Part shown: piece after piece, positions 22,401 to 30,794 of the stretch
How positions within the stretch are numbered: the stretch's first letter is position 1
Layout of the letters: each line of letters opens with the position of its first letter
Source of the DNA: Faecousia sp.
Lineage (GTDB): Bacteria; Bacillota; Clostridia; Oscillospirales; Oscillospiraceae
Reading direction: 5' to 3'
Assembly (NCBI GenBank): GCA_045577355.1
Contig: JAZNIG010000060.1
Span: forward strand, 934-64,933
DNA length: 64,000 bases
Notes under the pieces: model-generated
What the model saw: the letters and a program-made list of their open reading frames with translations, nothing else
Told to the model about the DNA's origin: nothing
The model's database searches: none
Position numbers and translations under genes: made by a program

Positions 22401-22954
22401 GCAGGGGAAAACACGTCTAATATACCGCCGCGAACTGCGAACTGGCCAGGTCCTTCTACCATGCCGCACCGACTGTATCCGGCAGCACTGAGTTGTTCCA
22501 GGAGCATATCTATTTGATATTCCAGCCCGGTTTTCAAAGTAAAAGCAGCACGCATCAGAGTGTCAGGTGGCATAGTCCGCTGGCTCAGTGACTCCCAGGA
22601 AAATATCTGTAATTGTGTATTACCGTTTTTTAGATCGTAAAGCTGGCGCATGCGCTTCTGTTCCCAGCCGCGGGAAACGACAGCACTATCATACAACGTC
22701 AGCTCCCGGCTAGGCAAAATTGGAGCGCTTTCCCCAAGAAACGCTTTTATTTCTTCCTGCATCCGCTTGGCGGCTATATCATCCTGGCAGACCACTACGA
22801 TTGGGCGTGAAATATGGCTATGAAGACCGGCGATCAGGTGGCTGCGGTTAATTTGCCCAAGACCTGTGACCGCGGCTGACCGGCCCTTTTCAATGCAATC
22901 CAGCAGAGTGGTGTATTCCGGGATCGTCCTCAGTACAGAAAGAAGTTTTTCCAT
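19445..22954 (-). CDS. mfd: Transcription-repair coupling factor
   Basis: GDVGFGKTE, DEEQRFGV, SATPIPRTL, QLRGRVGR. Confidence 0.97.
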   Translation of the reverse strand: MEKLLSVLRTIPEYTTLLDCIEKGRSAAVTGLGQINRSHLIAGLHSHISRPIVVVCQDDIAAKRMQEEIKAFLGESAPILPSRELTLYDSAVVSRGWEQKRMRQLYDLKNGNTQLQIFSWESLSQRTMPPDTLMRAAFTLKTGLEYQIDMLLEQLSAAGYSRCGMVEGPGQFAVRGGILDVFSPAADRPVRAEFFGDELDTMGYFDPDTQRRTENVDEAVILPVGETQPRLHPQGINGLCTDLRNLIARQIRRKTPNESLIKTLEKDLEKYETGIHNPASDRYMSLIYQENTTAMSYLPKNALLILCDQSNLHRASRTRDEEIGLQLDSILQSGLVAGELCDYVCQWEDFCQTLHGRCVLYLDSFSGTSYPEENPPEALLPMAAKQLPSYGGNLDTAASDLSHYQKMGFSSLVLCGTRRRAELLQEMLSSRGLSAFLCVPLTSMPKPGQILLTEGTLPHGMEYPNSKLAVLTEGQLIVKGHPRRKAKKSATNRQKLNSFTDLTPGDLVVHENYGIGRFVAMEQIKVDGAVKDYVKIAYQGSDTLFVPATQLDMVSKYIGGGSEEANVRLNKIGTDAWQKTKAKARKAAKDMAGELIQLYAARKRQEGFAFAADSPWQKEFEDNFPYPETDDQLRCIAEIKGDMESPTPMDRLLCGDVGFGKTEVALRAVMKAVMDGKQVAILVPTTVLAQQHYQTAVARFRGFPVNIDVLSRFRTPSQQKRTLQNLRAGQVDLLIGTHKLLQKSVEFKDLGLLIVDEEQRFGVSHKERLKEISTGVDVLTLSATPIPRTLNMALSGIRDMSTIEEPPADRYPVQTYVMEHCNPILDDAIRREIERGGQVYYLHNRVETIEQCASALKRRIPGLSVAVAHGKMGEDELGEVMHAMADGDIQVLVCTTIIETGLDIPNANTLIIENADHFGLSQLHQLRGRVGRSTRHAYAYFTYRPDKALTEIAEKRLSAIRDFAEFGSGFKIAMRDLEIRGAGNLLGAEQSGHMMSVGYDMYLKLLDEAVLEERGEKPKEPDCTADLNVTANVDQDYVSRGEERMDLYRRMAAIRSQEDADDLLDEIVDRYGEPPKGVLNLVEIALLRANARKAGICDIHQKAGDILFTLTNLDFEAVSALCSEPDYKARVQFVATAKEPTLRLKLASGADSLRQAKVLIDRYQNCRSI

Positions 22955-23041
22955 TCGTTTACCTCACAATTGATTCCACGCAGTAACGCGGAAAGGGGAA
23001 GTAGCCCCCCTTTCCGTGGTATTTCGACAGTATTTTTTATG

Positions 23042-23635
23042 TCAGGGCTGCCAACCGTTAAAGCGGTTGGCGGCATATGCGACACTGTGGCTGATGATGC
23101 AAAGGGCAGCTTCACCGGCCTTTGACAGTGTGGGTGACAGGGCTTTCTCGTCTGCTGCACTGAAGGTGGATAGGACCCAATCAGCCAGATCCTGTTCGGG
23201 ACAAGGCTTTGCGCCTACACCGATTTTAACACGAGGAAACGCCTGTGAGCCCAACTCCTTGATTATGGACTTGATGCCATTATGCCCGCCGGCAGAGCCC
23301 TCGGCGCGGATGCGCAGGCGTCCCGGTTCCAGGGAAATATCATCAAACATGACTATAATCCGCTGGGGTGGGATGTGGAAATAAGCGCTTAGCTGCAGTA
23401 CACTTCGGCCGGATAAGTTCATAAAGGTTTGGGGCTTTAACAGCAGAAGCTTTTGCCCAGCATAAGTGGTCTGTCCGTATAAGCCTTGGAACTTGGACTT
23501 ATCGATCTTGCAGGCCAGGGATTCAGCCAATGCATCAATGGCACGGAAACCTGCATTGTGCCGGGTCCGCTCATATTCTTTGCCCGGATTTCCCAGACCT
23601 ACAATCAACCAGGCATCATTGTTCTTTCCAAACAC
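23042..23635 (-). CDS. pth: Peptidyl-tRNA hydrolase
   Basis: GLGNPG..Y..TRHNAG, FMNLSG, GGHNGIKS. Confidence 0.96.
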   Translation of the reverse strand: MFGKNNDAWLIVGLGNPGKEYERTRHNAGFRAIDALAESLACKIDKSKFQGLYGQTTYAGQKLLLLKPQTFMNLSGRSVLQLSAYFHIPPQRIIVMFDDISLEPGRLRIRAEGSAGGHNGIKSIIKELGSQAFPRVKIGVGAKPCPEQDLADWVLSTFSAADEKALSPTLSKAGEAALCIISHSVAYAANRFNGWQP

Positions 23636-23638
23636 AGC

Positions 23639-24604
23639 TTAAAACAGGTCAGCAATAGATGTGCCGCCGTGGATGTGAGAGATCGCCCGGGCAAAGATGG
23701 GGGCAACATCCAACTGTTTGATCTTATTACAGGGGCAGTTCTCCGCCAGAGGAATTGTATTATGAATGACAACCTCTTTTAGTGAACTGTTGGAGATCCG
23801 TTCAAAGGCGGGGCCAGACAAAACACCATGGGTTGCGCAGGCGTAGACTTCTTTAGCACCGCCTACTTCCACAAGAGCGTTGGCAGCGTTGCACAGGGAA
23901 CCGGCGGTATCGATCATATCGTCATACAGGATGCAGGTTTTGCCCTTCACATCACCGATCACATTCATGACTTCGCACTCGTTAGCTTTCTGACGGCGCT
24001 TATCTACGATTGCCAGACCCATATGGACCTTGGCGGCAAATGCGCGAGCCCGTGCCACGGAGCCCACATCGGGAGACACTACCACAAATTCATCATGGTT
24101 AAACTTGTCTTCGGGGAACTTGTTCAGGTAGTATTCCACAAAGGTGGGGTTGCCGAGCAGGTGATCCACAGGAATATCAAAGAAACCCTGAATCTGTGCA
24201 GCGTGCAGGTCCATGGTCAATACCCGGTCTGCGCCGGCAGCAGTGATCATGTTGGCGACCAGCTTAGCAGAGATGGGATCACGGCTCTTTGCCTTGCGGT
24301 CCTGGCGGGCATAGCCAAAGTAGGGGATGACAGCGGTAATGCGGCCTGCGGAGGCACGGCGGCAGGCATCGATCATGACCAACAGTTCCATCAGATGGTC
24401 GTTCACAGGCTTACAGGTGGACTGGATCAGGAAAACATCACAGCCACGAACTGTTTCGTTCAAAGAGACGGATGCTTCTCCATCGGCAAAGGTTTTTACA
24501 ATACCCTGTCCCATGGGGATACCTAATTCCTTACACACAGTCTGTGCAAATGTAGGGTTGGAATTGCCGCAGAAAACCTTGATATTATCTCCGTACGCAA
24601 TCAT
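23639..24604 (-). CDS. prs: Ribose-phosphate pyrophosphokinase
   Basis: YFGYARQDRK, DLHAAQIQGFF, DDMIDTAGSL. Confidence 0.97.
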   Translation of the reverse strand: MIAYGDNIKVFCGNSNPTFAQTVCKELGIPMGQGIVKTFADGEASVSLNETVRGCDVFLIQSTCKPVNDHLMELLVMIDACRRASAGRITAVIPYFGYARQDRKAKSRDPISAKLVANMITAAGADRVLTMDLHAAQIQGFFDIPVDHLLGNPTFVEYYLNKFPEDKFNHDEFVVVSPDVGSVARARAFAAKVHMGLAIVDKRRQKANECEVMNVIGDVKGKTCILYDDMIDTAGSLCNAANALVEVGGAKEVYACATHGVLSGPAFERISNSSLKEVVIHNTIPLAENCPCNKIKQLDVAPIFARAISHIHGGTSIADLF

Positions 24605-24914
24605 CTTAAGAATACCTCGCTTTATTCTTTCTATACTGCCTGCAGTTATACCGCAAGCTATTGCAAAACCATTATACCATCATCTGCCAGTAAAATGCAA
24701 CTCCGAACAAGTATAAATACCAACAAAAAATTTAGTATATGTTGAAAGTTCCTGTAACATTCCGACTATTCTGTGTTGTAAGAACCTTTTCTTACGTATC
24801 TCTACATTTTTAATGACAAATACTTTGCTTACCCATATGTTTTTTGCAAAATTTTAGAAAACCTGATTTTTCAGTATGGCTTTTTATAGTTAGTCTGATT
24901 TTGATTTAAAAATA

Positions 24915-24942
24915 TCGGCAGGGAGTCACCACTCCCTGCCGA
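24915..24942. terminator. Hairpin downstream of glycosidase gene
   Basis: TCGGCAGGGAGT-CACC-ACTCCCTGCCGA; ATTTT follows on minus strand. Confidence 0.65.
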
Positions 24943-24980
24943 ATCTATGTGTGGATTGCAGATTTTGTGTAATATGAGTA

Positions 24981-27005
24981 TCAGTAAATTTTGATCCAAG
25001 CAAACATTTTTTGCTGTCCGAAGTTAACCGTTATACTATTGGTTCCCTGTGTAATTTCGACTTCAGCGCTCTTATACAGCAACTCCAGTTGCGCTTGTTT
25101 CATGTCCACGGGAAGGGTAAAGGTGTATGTATCCTCCTCTGCAGACTCCCGAAAAACCAGAAGATGGCCTGTCTTTTTGTCGCTGTTTCTGCAAAAGTAT
25201 CCGGAAAAGCCCATGCCGTTGGGGGCTTCACCTACAGGTATCACACGGGAGAGGAATAGCTCCTTAGAATACTGTTTGTATACTTTGGAAATATTTGCTA
25301 ACAGCTGTGCATCCTCATCCAACAAGTGGGTCATTTCCATCCACATGAGCGGATTTGCCGGTATCACTGTTGCAAACAGATAATCAATACGGTACTGTGC
25401 AGGTGCAAAGGGAAGTCCCTGATACTTATCTGTGTTTCTGCGATTGTTCAGCAATTCCATCTGCAGACGTCTTGAAGGGAGAACTGATGCTAGATTCCAC
25501 AGATTCTTAAAGGTATTATGAGGAAAATAGTTTACGAAATCCGTATATCGGTTTTCTACAAATAACGTTCCGAACCACGGCATATACAGATATCCAAAGC
25601 GGTCTTCGGCGGTAACATCCAGATTAAACCGTATATCACCTTTGGTGCGTTTGGTCAATTCCTCCATCAGGTAAATAAAACGCATCTCACACAGCTTATT
25701 CCGAATCTTGATGCCATCCAACTTGAAATAACGGATACCGTACTTCGAGTACAGCCGCATCAACGTTTCGACATCTTTTTCAACATTGACAAAGTCCTCT
25801 GATGAATCAGGACTGAACCAAAGACCGATCTCAATTCCATATTTTCTTGCTTGTTGGATAACAGGCTCCAGGCCGTTGGGGAAACGCTCTGGGTTGATTT
25901 GCCAGAAATCACTGTCGTCCTTATAATAGCCTTCCCAAACGCCACCTGCCTTGCGCAGAGAGTTTGCCGTAATGCCCTTCTGCCAACCGTCATCTATCTG
26001 AAGGATGTCCACACCCAGCTGATGTGCCCGATCCAGTTCTTTGAGAATAAACTGTTCGCAAACTGCCATGTCCTGGCTTCGGTCACCCCAAGTGTTGGAC
26101 ATGATAAACAGATCGTCCCGGGGATCGCCTACAGAAAGTGCTGAGCTGTATTGCCACAGCTGTTCAAAGATATCTGTAGTTTTGGCTACACCGACTGCTG
26201 ATGCATAACATGGGACTCTTCCCGCGGGCAGTGCGGAATAATCCACACCTGAACCCATCAGAGAAGCATAGGCTGTACCTGAGAAAATAAGATCTTTATT
26301 CCGACGATTAAGGGCAGAGCTTTCAGTAGGGGAATGTTTGATAATCATCAGTGAATCACCCATGGGATAGTCACTGATATGAAAAATATTGCCATCTCGC
26401 TCAAGCCGACCGTTTTTAAACATATATACAGGTGTTTTCTGCCGCTCTACAAGTGCGTCATTATTGTCTGTTTTATCGTACAGCTTGAATGTTTCGACTT
26501 CCAGATGCGCTTGACAAAGGGGGATACAGTCCAGTGTATCTGCGTCACAGAATACATCTTCAGTAGCCATACTGGTGTATTGATTTTCAATACCCGAGCA
26601 ATTCGGATCCTTGGAGGCTGTTTCTTGAATGATAGATTCTCCTGTTTTCATAACGAAGCTCTGGCTGTAAACAAACGGAATTTCGGGGAAAATCATATAT
26701 TCGTACCAGACCGTTCCCTGCATACCGGTCAACTCAAGCACAGCTTTCAAATGCGGCCGTATTCCCAAAGGTGTCTCGTTTACTACGGTCTCAAATTGAA
26801 CAGAAGGAGACTCCTCTGCACCCAGCACTGGGCAACGCTGCAAAAGCCGTTTTTTCCCTGTCCATTCCTTGCCACTTGTCCGTTCTGTTATTTTTTCTGT
26901 GCAGATAAAACTTCCGATCAGCCGAATCTGCTTTTCAATACGGTTATTACCCAGACGAAGAATTCCTGTTGTCTCATCAAAACAAGCAAAACAGTCTTTA
27001 AGCAT
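24981..27005 (-). CDS. Glycoside hydrolase clan D (GH36-like alpha-galactosidase)
   Basis: NTW, QIDDGWQ, ERFPNGL, GLWFSP, YFKLDG nucleophile; RBS AGGAGG before ATG27005. Confidence 0.8.
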   Translation of the reverse strand: MLKDCFACFDETTGILRLGNNRIEKQIRLIGSFICTEKITERTSGKEWTGKKRLLQRCPVLGAEESPSVQFETVVNETPLGIRPHLKAVLELTGMQGTVWYEYMIFPEIPFVYSQSFVMKTGESIIQETASKDPNCSGIENQYTSMATEDVFCDADTLDCIPLCQAHLEVETFKLYDKTDNNDALVERQKTPVYMFKNGRLERDGNIFHISDYPMGDSLMIIKHSPTESSALNRRNKDLIFSGTAYASLMGSGVDYSALPAGRVPCYASAVGVAKTTDIFEQLWQYSSALSVGDPRDDLFIMSNTWGDRSQDMAVCEQFILKELDRAHQLGVDILQIDDGWQKGITANSLRKAGGVWEGYYKDDSDFWQINPERFPNGLEPVIQQARKYGIEIGLWFSPDSSEDFVNVEKDVETLMRLYSKYGIRYFKLDGIKIRNKLCEMRFIYLMEELTKRTKGDIRFNLDVTAEDRFGYLYMPWFGTLFVENRYTDFVNYFPHNTFKNLWNLASVLPSRRLQMELLNNRRNTDKYQGLPFAPAQYRIDYLFATVIPANPLMWMEMTHLLDEDAQLLANISKVYKQYSKELFLSRVIPVGEAPNGMGFSGYFCRNSDKKTGHLLVFRESAEEDTYTFTLPVDMKQAQLELLYKSAEVEITQGTNSITVNFGQQKMFAWIKIY

Positions 27006-27244
27006 TGCTTTACTCCTCCTAAATCTCAATTAAAAGCTCCATGGACTTTATGATGCTTTTATACCAGTTGTTTTAAAGCCCACCTCACAATTTATATAAA
27101 AATTTTATCATAAATGTGAGAGGATTGCAATAGTAAAAGTTACAATAAGACGGGGTATAAAACAAGCCGCTTCGGATATCGGCGGTAGGGCGACACTTTT
27201 GCACAGTATATACTGTTATGACGTATAGTTTAATTGTGTAGCGG

Positions 27245-27417
27245 TAGTATTTCGCCTATTCAAGATGATGGTGCAGTCATTGTACTGATGAAACGTCAGG
27301 CAACAATAACGCAGACCACGGTGAAGTCCGGCCGGAGCAAATTAACCCGGGGGAAGGGAGATGATCAGAACCGGAGGCGTGAATATAATCAGTGCCTATC
27401 CTACGACAGAAATACTA
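27245..27417 (+). ncRNA. Candidate structured non-coding RNA, family unassigned
   Basis: GC-rich island in AT-rich spacer; ends pair (TAGTATTTC/GAAATACTA); internal stems; TATAGT at 27224. Confidence 0.4.
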
Positions 27418-27514
27418 GCAGACTGGGTTTTGTCAGCTAAAAGTCAAGGAAGTATAAATAAGTTGTGAATTTTTGTTTGCTATGCCAAAAAAATAAAAAT
27501 GAGGCGATTTGCGC

Positions 27515-27543
27515 TTGAAGATAGATGGACAATTCTGTATAAT
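27515..27543 (+). promoter_or_regulatory. SigA promoter of membrane protein gene
   Basis: TTGAAG-N17-TATAAT. Confidence 0.65.
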
Positions 27544-27595
27544 ACTAAAAGATGTATCACATAACGATGCAATTATACAATGAGGTGGGTATCCT

Positions 27596-28615
27596 ATGGA
27601 GAAACGTGTGGATGATCTGAGATGGAGAATGCGTGGCTACCGGGTCATGTTACTTTTGCTTATTCCCGTGTTTTATTTTTCTGCGCTTCTATTTATGGGA
27701 AAAAAAGCAAGACAGGATAAATATATTAAATTAGGACTCTTTTTTGGCGCTGTTAGCTTGGGCAGCTTTATAATTGGTGTGATGGGCGTGGCTTTTCGCC
27801 CGCTGTTTTATGTGCTGGTTCTGCAGTTGGGCTGTTGGACCATGTGTATCATGCAAACATTGCGTATACGTCAGCAATACCTGCAGTATCTGGCATGGGA
27901 GCAGGAGGATCAGGCAGAACGCCGCGATCCCATGGTATTTCAAAAGAAATGGAGGCTCATTAATAGCTTTTGGTGCTTATGGGACTGTATTCCGCTTCTG
28001 GGAGGATTGGCTACATACTTTATGGGCCGCAGGATGGGAAATAAGCTCCTGAAATGGATAGGATTAGGCTCTATAGCAGTGGTTCTCTCTCTTTTTGTGT
28101 ACTTCAGTGTGATCGTGCAAATTAGCAAGTTGATGATTGCAATCATCATGATTGTGGCGTATGCAAGTATATGCGTCCATCCGTTGCTGGCAGGCTTTTA
28201 TTTTGAAGAGTATTTAGATGCCACAGCAGAAATGTGGAATTCGGATTTTGAGGAGCACCCGCGAATGAATGAAACCTCCTGGCGCGTGAAGAACAGTTTG
28301 TGGCAGATCATCACTTTCGTGCCTTATCTAAGTTCCTTGGGCTTGTTTTTTGTTGGAATCCATCGGGAGAGTGGCAAGGTGCTGCTTGGAGCATCGCTGC
28401 TTTGTATTGCGGAAATGGCCTGTATGGCCGGCCCGACGATACTATTAGAGAATGAAGCACTGAAAGCATGGCCTCTTGTGGAAGGTATGGCATATACACT
28501 TGGTGTTTTGTGGCTTTTTGTATATGGGCTAATGATTTTTTACGGTGCGTCAATCCGTTGGGATATGCTTCGTGCCCGGGCAAAGGCGCTGAGTGTTGCG
28601 GATGATAACGAATAG
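27596..28615 (+). CDS. Polytopic membrane protein built from three internal repeats
   Basis: Repeats start WRMRG / WRLINSFW / WRVKNSLW, each followed by a (I/V)P...F(M/V)G helix pair; RBS GAGGTG. Confidence 0.8.
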   Translation: MEKRVDDLRWRMRGYRVMLLLLIPVFYFSALLFMGKKARQDKYIKLGLFFGAVSLGSFIIGVMGVAFRPLFYVLVLQLGCWTMCIMQTLRIRQQYLQYLAWEQEDQAERRDPMVFQKKWRLINSFWCLWDCIPLLGGLATYFMGRRMGNKLLKWIGLGSIAVVLSLFVYFSVIVQISKLMIAIIMIVAYASICVHPLLAGFYFEEYLDATAEMWNSDFEEHPRMNETSWRVKNSLWQIITFVPYLSSLGLFFVGIHRESGKVLLGASLLCIAEMACMAGPTILLENEALKAWPLVEGMAYTLGVLWLFVYGLMIFYGASIRWDMLRARAKALSVADDNE

Positions 28616-28634
28616 AATTATTTAAAGAAAACTG

Positions 28635-28663
28635 CTGAACCGGTCCCATTGGGACCGGTTCAG
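28635..28663 (+). terminator. Near-perfect palindrome terminating membrane protein gene
   Basis: CTGAACCGGTCCCA-T-TGGGACCGGTTCAG. Confidence 0.6.
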
Positions 28664-28863
28664 GCGTTTGTATAGGAAATGCCGATTCATCAATTAGTTC
28701 TGATGAGAAACGTGTTACATAATTCAGAAAGTTTTGCAATACTGTCACGCAGGAGACCTGTGCGCTTCGAGTAAGTGTTGACAAGCTGGTTGATGAATAC
28801 AACTAACAGAAGAGTTTGTGAGTATTCTTAAGTGGAAACAAACTATTGGCAACATTTTCCGCT

Positions 28864-28891
28864 TCATTTTTTGCCTCTGACAGCATATACT
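28864..28891 (+). promoter_or_regulatory. SigE-like sporulation promoter
   Basis: TCATT-N15-CATATACT resembles SigE consensus. Confidence 0.5.
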
Positions 28892-28926
28892 GTTAGGAAC
28901 GCGAAAAACAGAAAGGAGGCTGTGCC

Positions 28927-29007
28927 ATGAGAGAAACCAATGATCCCTATGCAGATTTGGAAGACCTAATTTTCGATGAGGATGCGGGACGTCCCAGCGA
29001 AAGATGA
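28927..29007 (+). CDS. 26-aa acidic small protein MRETNDPYADLEDLIFDEDAGRPSER
   Basis: RBS AAAGGAGG 7 nt before ATG, upstream promoter, terminator directly after stop. Confidence 0.65.
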   Translation: MRETNDPYADLEDLIFDEDAGRPSER

Positions 29008-29040
29008 TAACAGCCAGGCATTTTGCCTGGTTATCTTTTT
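29006..29040 (+). terminator. Rho-independent terminator of small ORF
   Basis: CCAGGCA-TTT-TGCCTGG stem then TTATCTTTTT. Confidence 0.65.
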
Positions 29041-29155
29041 ATAGAACAAAGCATAATTTCAAGAATGATAGTTAGGGATACCCATGAAGGGGTTATACTT
29101 TACAGATAACTGGGTGTGCTGCAAATGCAACACACCCAATTATGATGTTACCCAT

Positions 29156-30340
29156 TTATTTTTCTGTCAGTAAGATGGCACCGTTATTTTCACTGCGGCT
29201 CAGATAGCGCATTACGGTCCCAGTGTTGGTGTTGTAAGTCAGGCGAATGACATTTGCTGTGTCACTGAACAGGGTTTGTACCATGACGGCGTCTCCGGGG
29301 CTCAACGTGTGTGAAAACAGAGCAGTATAGGTTGCTGTAAACGCAGTCTCCCCAGCGTCCCGGGCTCCGACCTGTATCTGTACATCCCATACAAGACCGT
29401 CTGTGTATAGAAATACCATTTCACCGTCCAGATCGATGATTGCCTCTGCAATTTGGGTAAAGTCATCCGGGTCAATCTCATCAAACCTGCTGACTTGCAC
29501 AGTACTGTCTGTTGTATGACGCTCAGCAGGGAAGTAGCCATTATACAGCAGTCCAGTCAGCTTTTCGTAGGGGATCTCAGCCACAATCACGCCGGAAGCA
29601 TATCCGGCAATTTCATATGGTGCAAAATAGAAGCACAGGCCGGTTTGCGTGAAATACCAATCCTGGTCCTGACTCTCATCTCTTTGAAAGCGTTGACGGA
29701 CGGCTGTTTCGTATCCTTCATATAAATATTTGCTTTCCTTCATTTCTGCCAGTGCCTCCAGAGTAAGCCGGCAGAAGTCTTCTGTGGAAGCCTGGACAGA
29801 CATAATACTTCCAAGGGTCAATACATCTCCGGTAACAAGATCGTAGTTGGCAGATACGCATACACGTTCCGGATGGGATGTGCCGCTGTAGATCACGTTA
29901 CTACCAAATAAACTCAGAACACCCTGATCCATGCGGGTGGGGCTATAGGTAATACTGTACAGGTAAGGCACCCAGCTTGCGGAGGCGGAATATGCTGCCT
30001 TTGCGGAAGCGAGTGTTGCATCAGCGGCACTGCGTGTACTATCTATCCGTCCCAGATAATCAATGATAACCTTATCAGCCACATCCGGATCCGGCAATGT
30101 GAGCATGATATTCTGATGGGTATATGTGAAAATTACAATGCCATCCTCAGCGGTGACAGCTTCAGATTTTGCAGATACAGCAACAGCGTACATTGGCTCC
30201 TGCTCAGGTATGTGGCTGATAGTGCCGGCATGATCTCCGGTGGAGACGGTAGAATTATCGGTCGTCCCACTGTTGGATGGTCTTCCGCACCCTGCGAGCA
30301 TAAACATAAGCACTATAAGCAGACAAATTAGTTTTTTCAT
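29156..30340 (-). CDS. Lipoprotein with DUF3298/RsiV-like domain
   Basis: Lipobox LAGC; NYDLVTGDVLTL and WYFT..GL.FYFAPYEIA.YASG...IPY motifs. Confidence 0.8.
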   Translation of the reverse strand: MKKLICLLIVLMFMLAGCGRPSNSGTTDNSTVSTGDHAGTISHIPEQEPMYAVAVSAKSEAVTAEDGIVIFTYTHQNIMLTLPDPDVADKVIIDYLGRIDSTRSAADATLASAKAAYSASASWVPYLYSITYSPTRMDQGVLSLFGSNVIYSGTSHPERVCVSANYDLVTGDVLTLGSIMSVQASTEDFCRLTLEALAEMKESKYLYEGYETAVRQRFQRDESQDQDWYFTQTGLCFYFAPYEIAGYASGVIVAEIPYEKLTGLLYNGYFPAERHTTDSTVQVSRFDEIDPDDFTQIAEAIIDLDGEMVFLYTDGLVWDVQIQVGARDAGETAFTATYTALFSHTLSPGDAVMVQTLFSDTANVIRLTYNTNTGTVMRYLSRSENNGAILLTEK

Positions 30341-30518
30341 TTAAGGACCTCCTTTGATAATGAGGTTACACTTGCGTATAATAGGAAGAAGCAATCTTAT
30401 TATATCACGGATTTTGCCTTCTAGCAATGATGTAGTGTTTTTTGCTGCTGTAATCGTGTCGGTGTCCGCATAATTGCAATGCCTGCACAATATAATGTTT
30501 TTTGGCGGTTGCCAAACC

Positions 30519-30548
30519 TTGACAAATAGGTTGCTCTGATGGTAAAAT
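30519..30548 (+). promoter_or_regulatory. SigA promoter of cysS leader
   Basis: TTGACA-N18 with extended TGnTAAAAT. Confidence 0.7.
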
Positions 30549-30563
30549 ATCTGCAAGTAAATA

Positions 30564-30750
30564 TCGCTGTGAACGGAAAGAGTAACAGTGCCAATCCTGC
30601 AGAGAGTCTGGGTCATCGGCTGTAAGCCTGGGCGGTGTAGGTGCTGCGAACGTGCGTCCGGGAGTGAAAGTCTTTTGAGTGAAAAATGAGAGTGGAACCG
30701 CGAGTTTATATGACCCGCCTCTTGTGCTATTGCGCAGGAGGCGTTTGTTT
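30564..30750 (+). promoter_or_regulatory. Cys T-box riboswitch
   Basis: AGAGAG and GCTG stem I motifs, UGC specifier at 30653, T-box AATGAGAGTGGAACCGCG at 30685-30702, terminator 30716-30750. Confidence 0.9.
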
Positions 30751-30794
30751 ATATTTACAAAGCTATCACTAATTATTTTTTGGAGGAATCATAT

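Noticed and set aside
27185-27194. GTAGGGCGAC as a fourth REP copy
   Set aside because: Only 8 nt match and no following palindrome
27245-27417. Hammerhead ribozyme (CTGATGA ... GAAA) or RNase P RNA
   Set aside because: Stems I and II cannot close around the hammerhead core; the RNase P GAGGAAAGTCC and CGGCTTA elements are absent
27234-27440. 68-aa ORF in the structured intergenic island
   Set aside because: No RBS and non-ATG start; better explained as RNA structure
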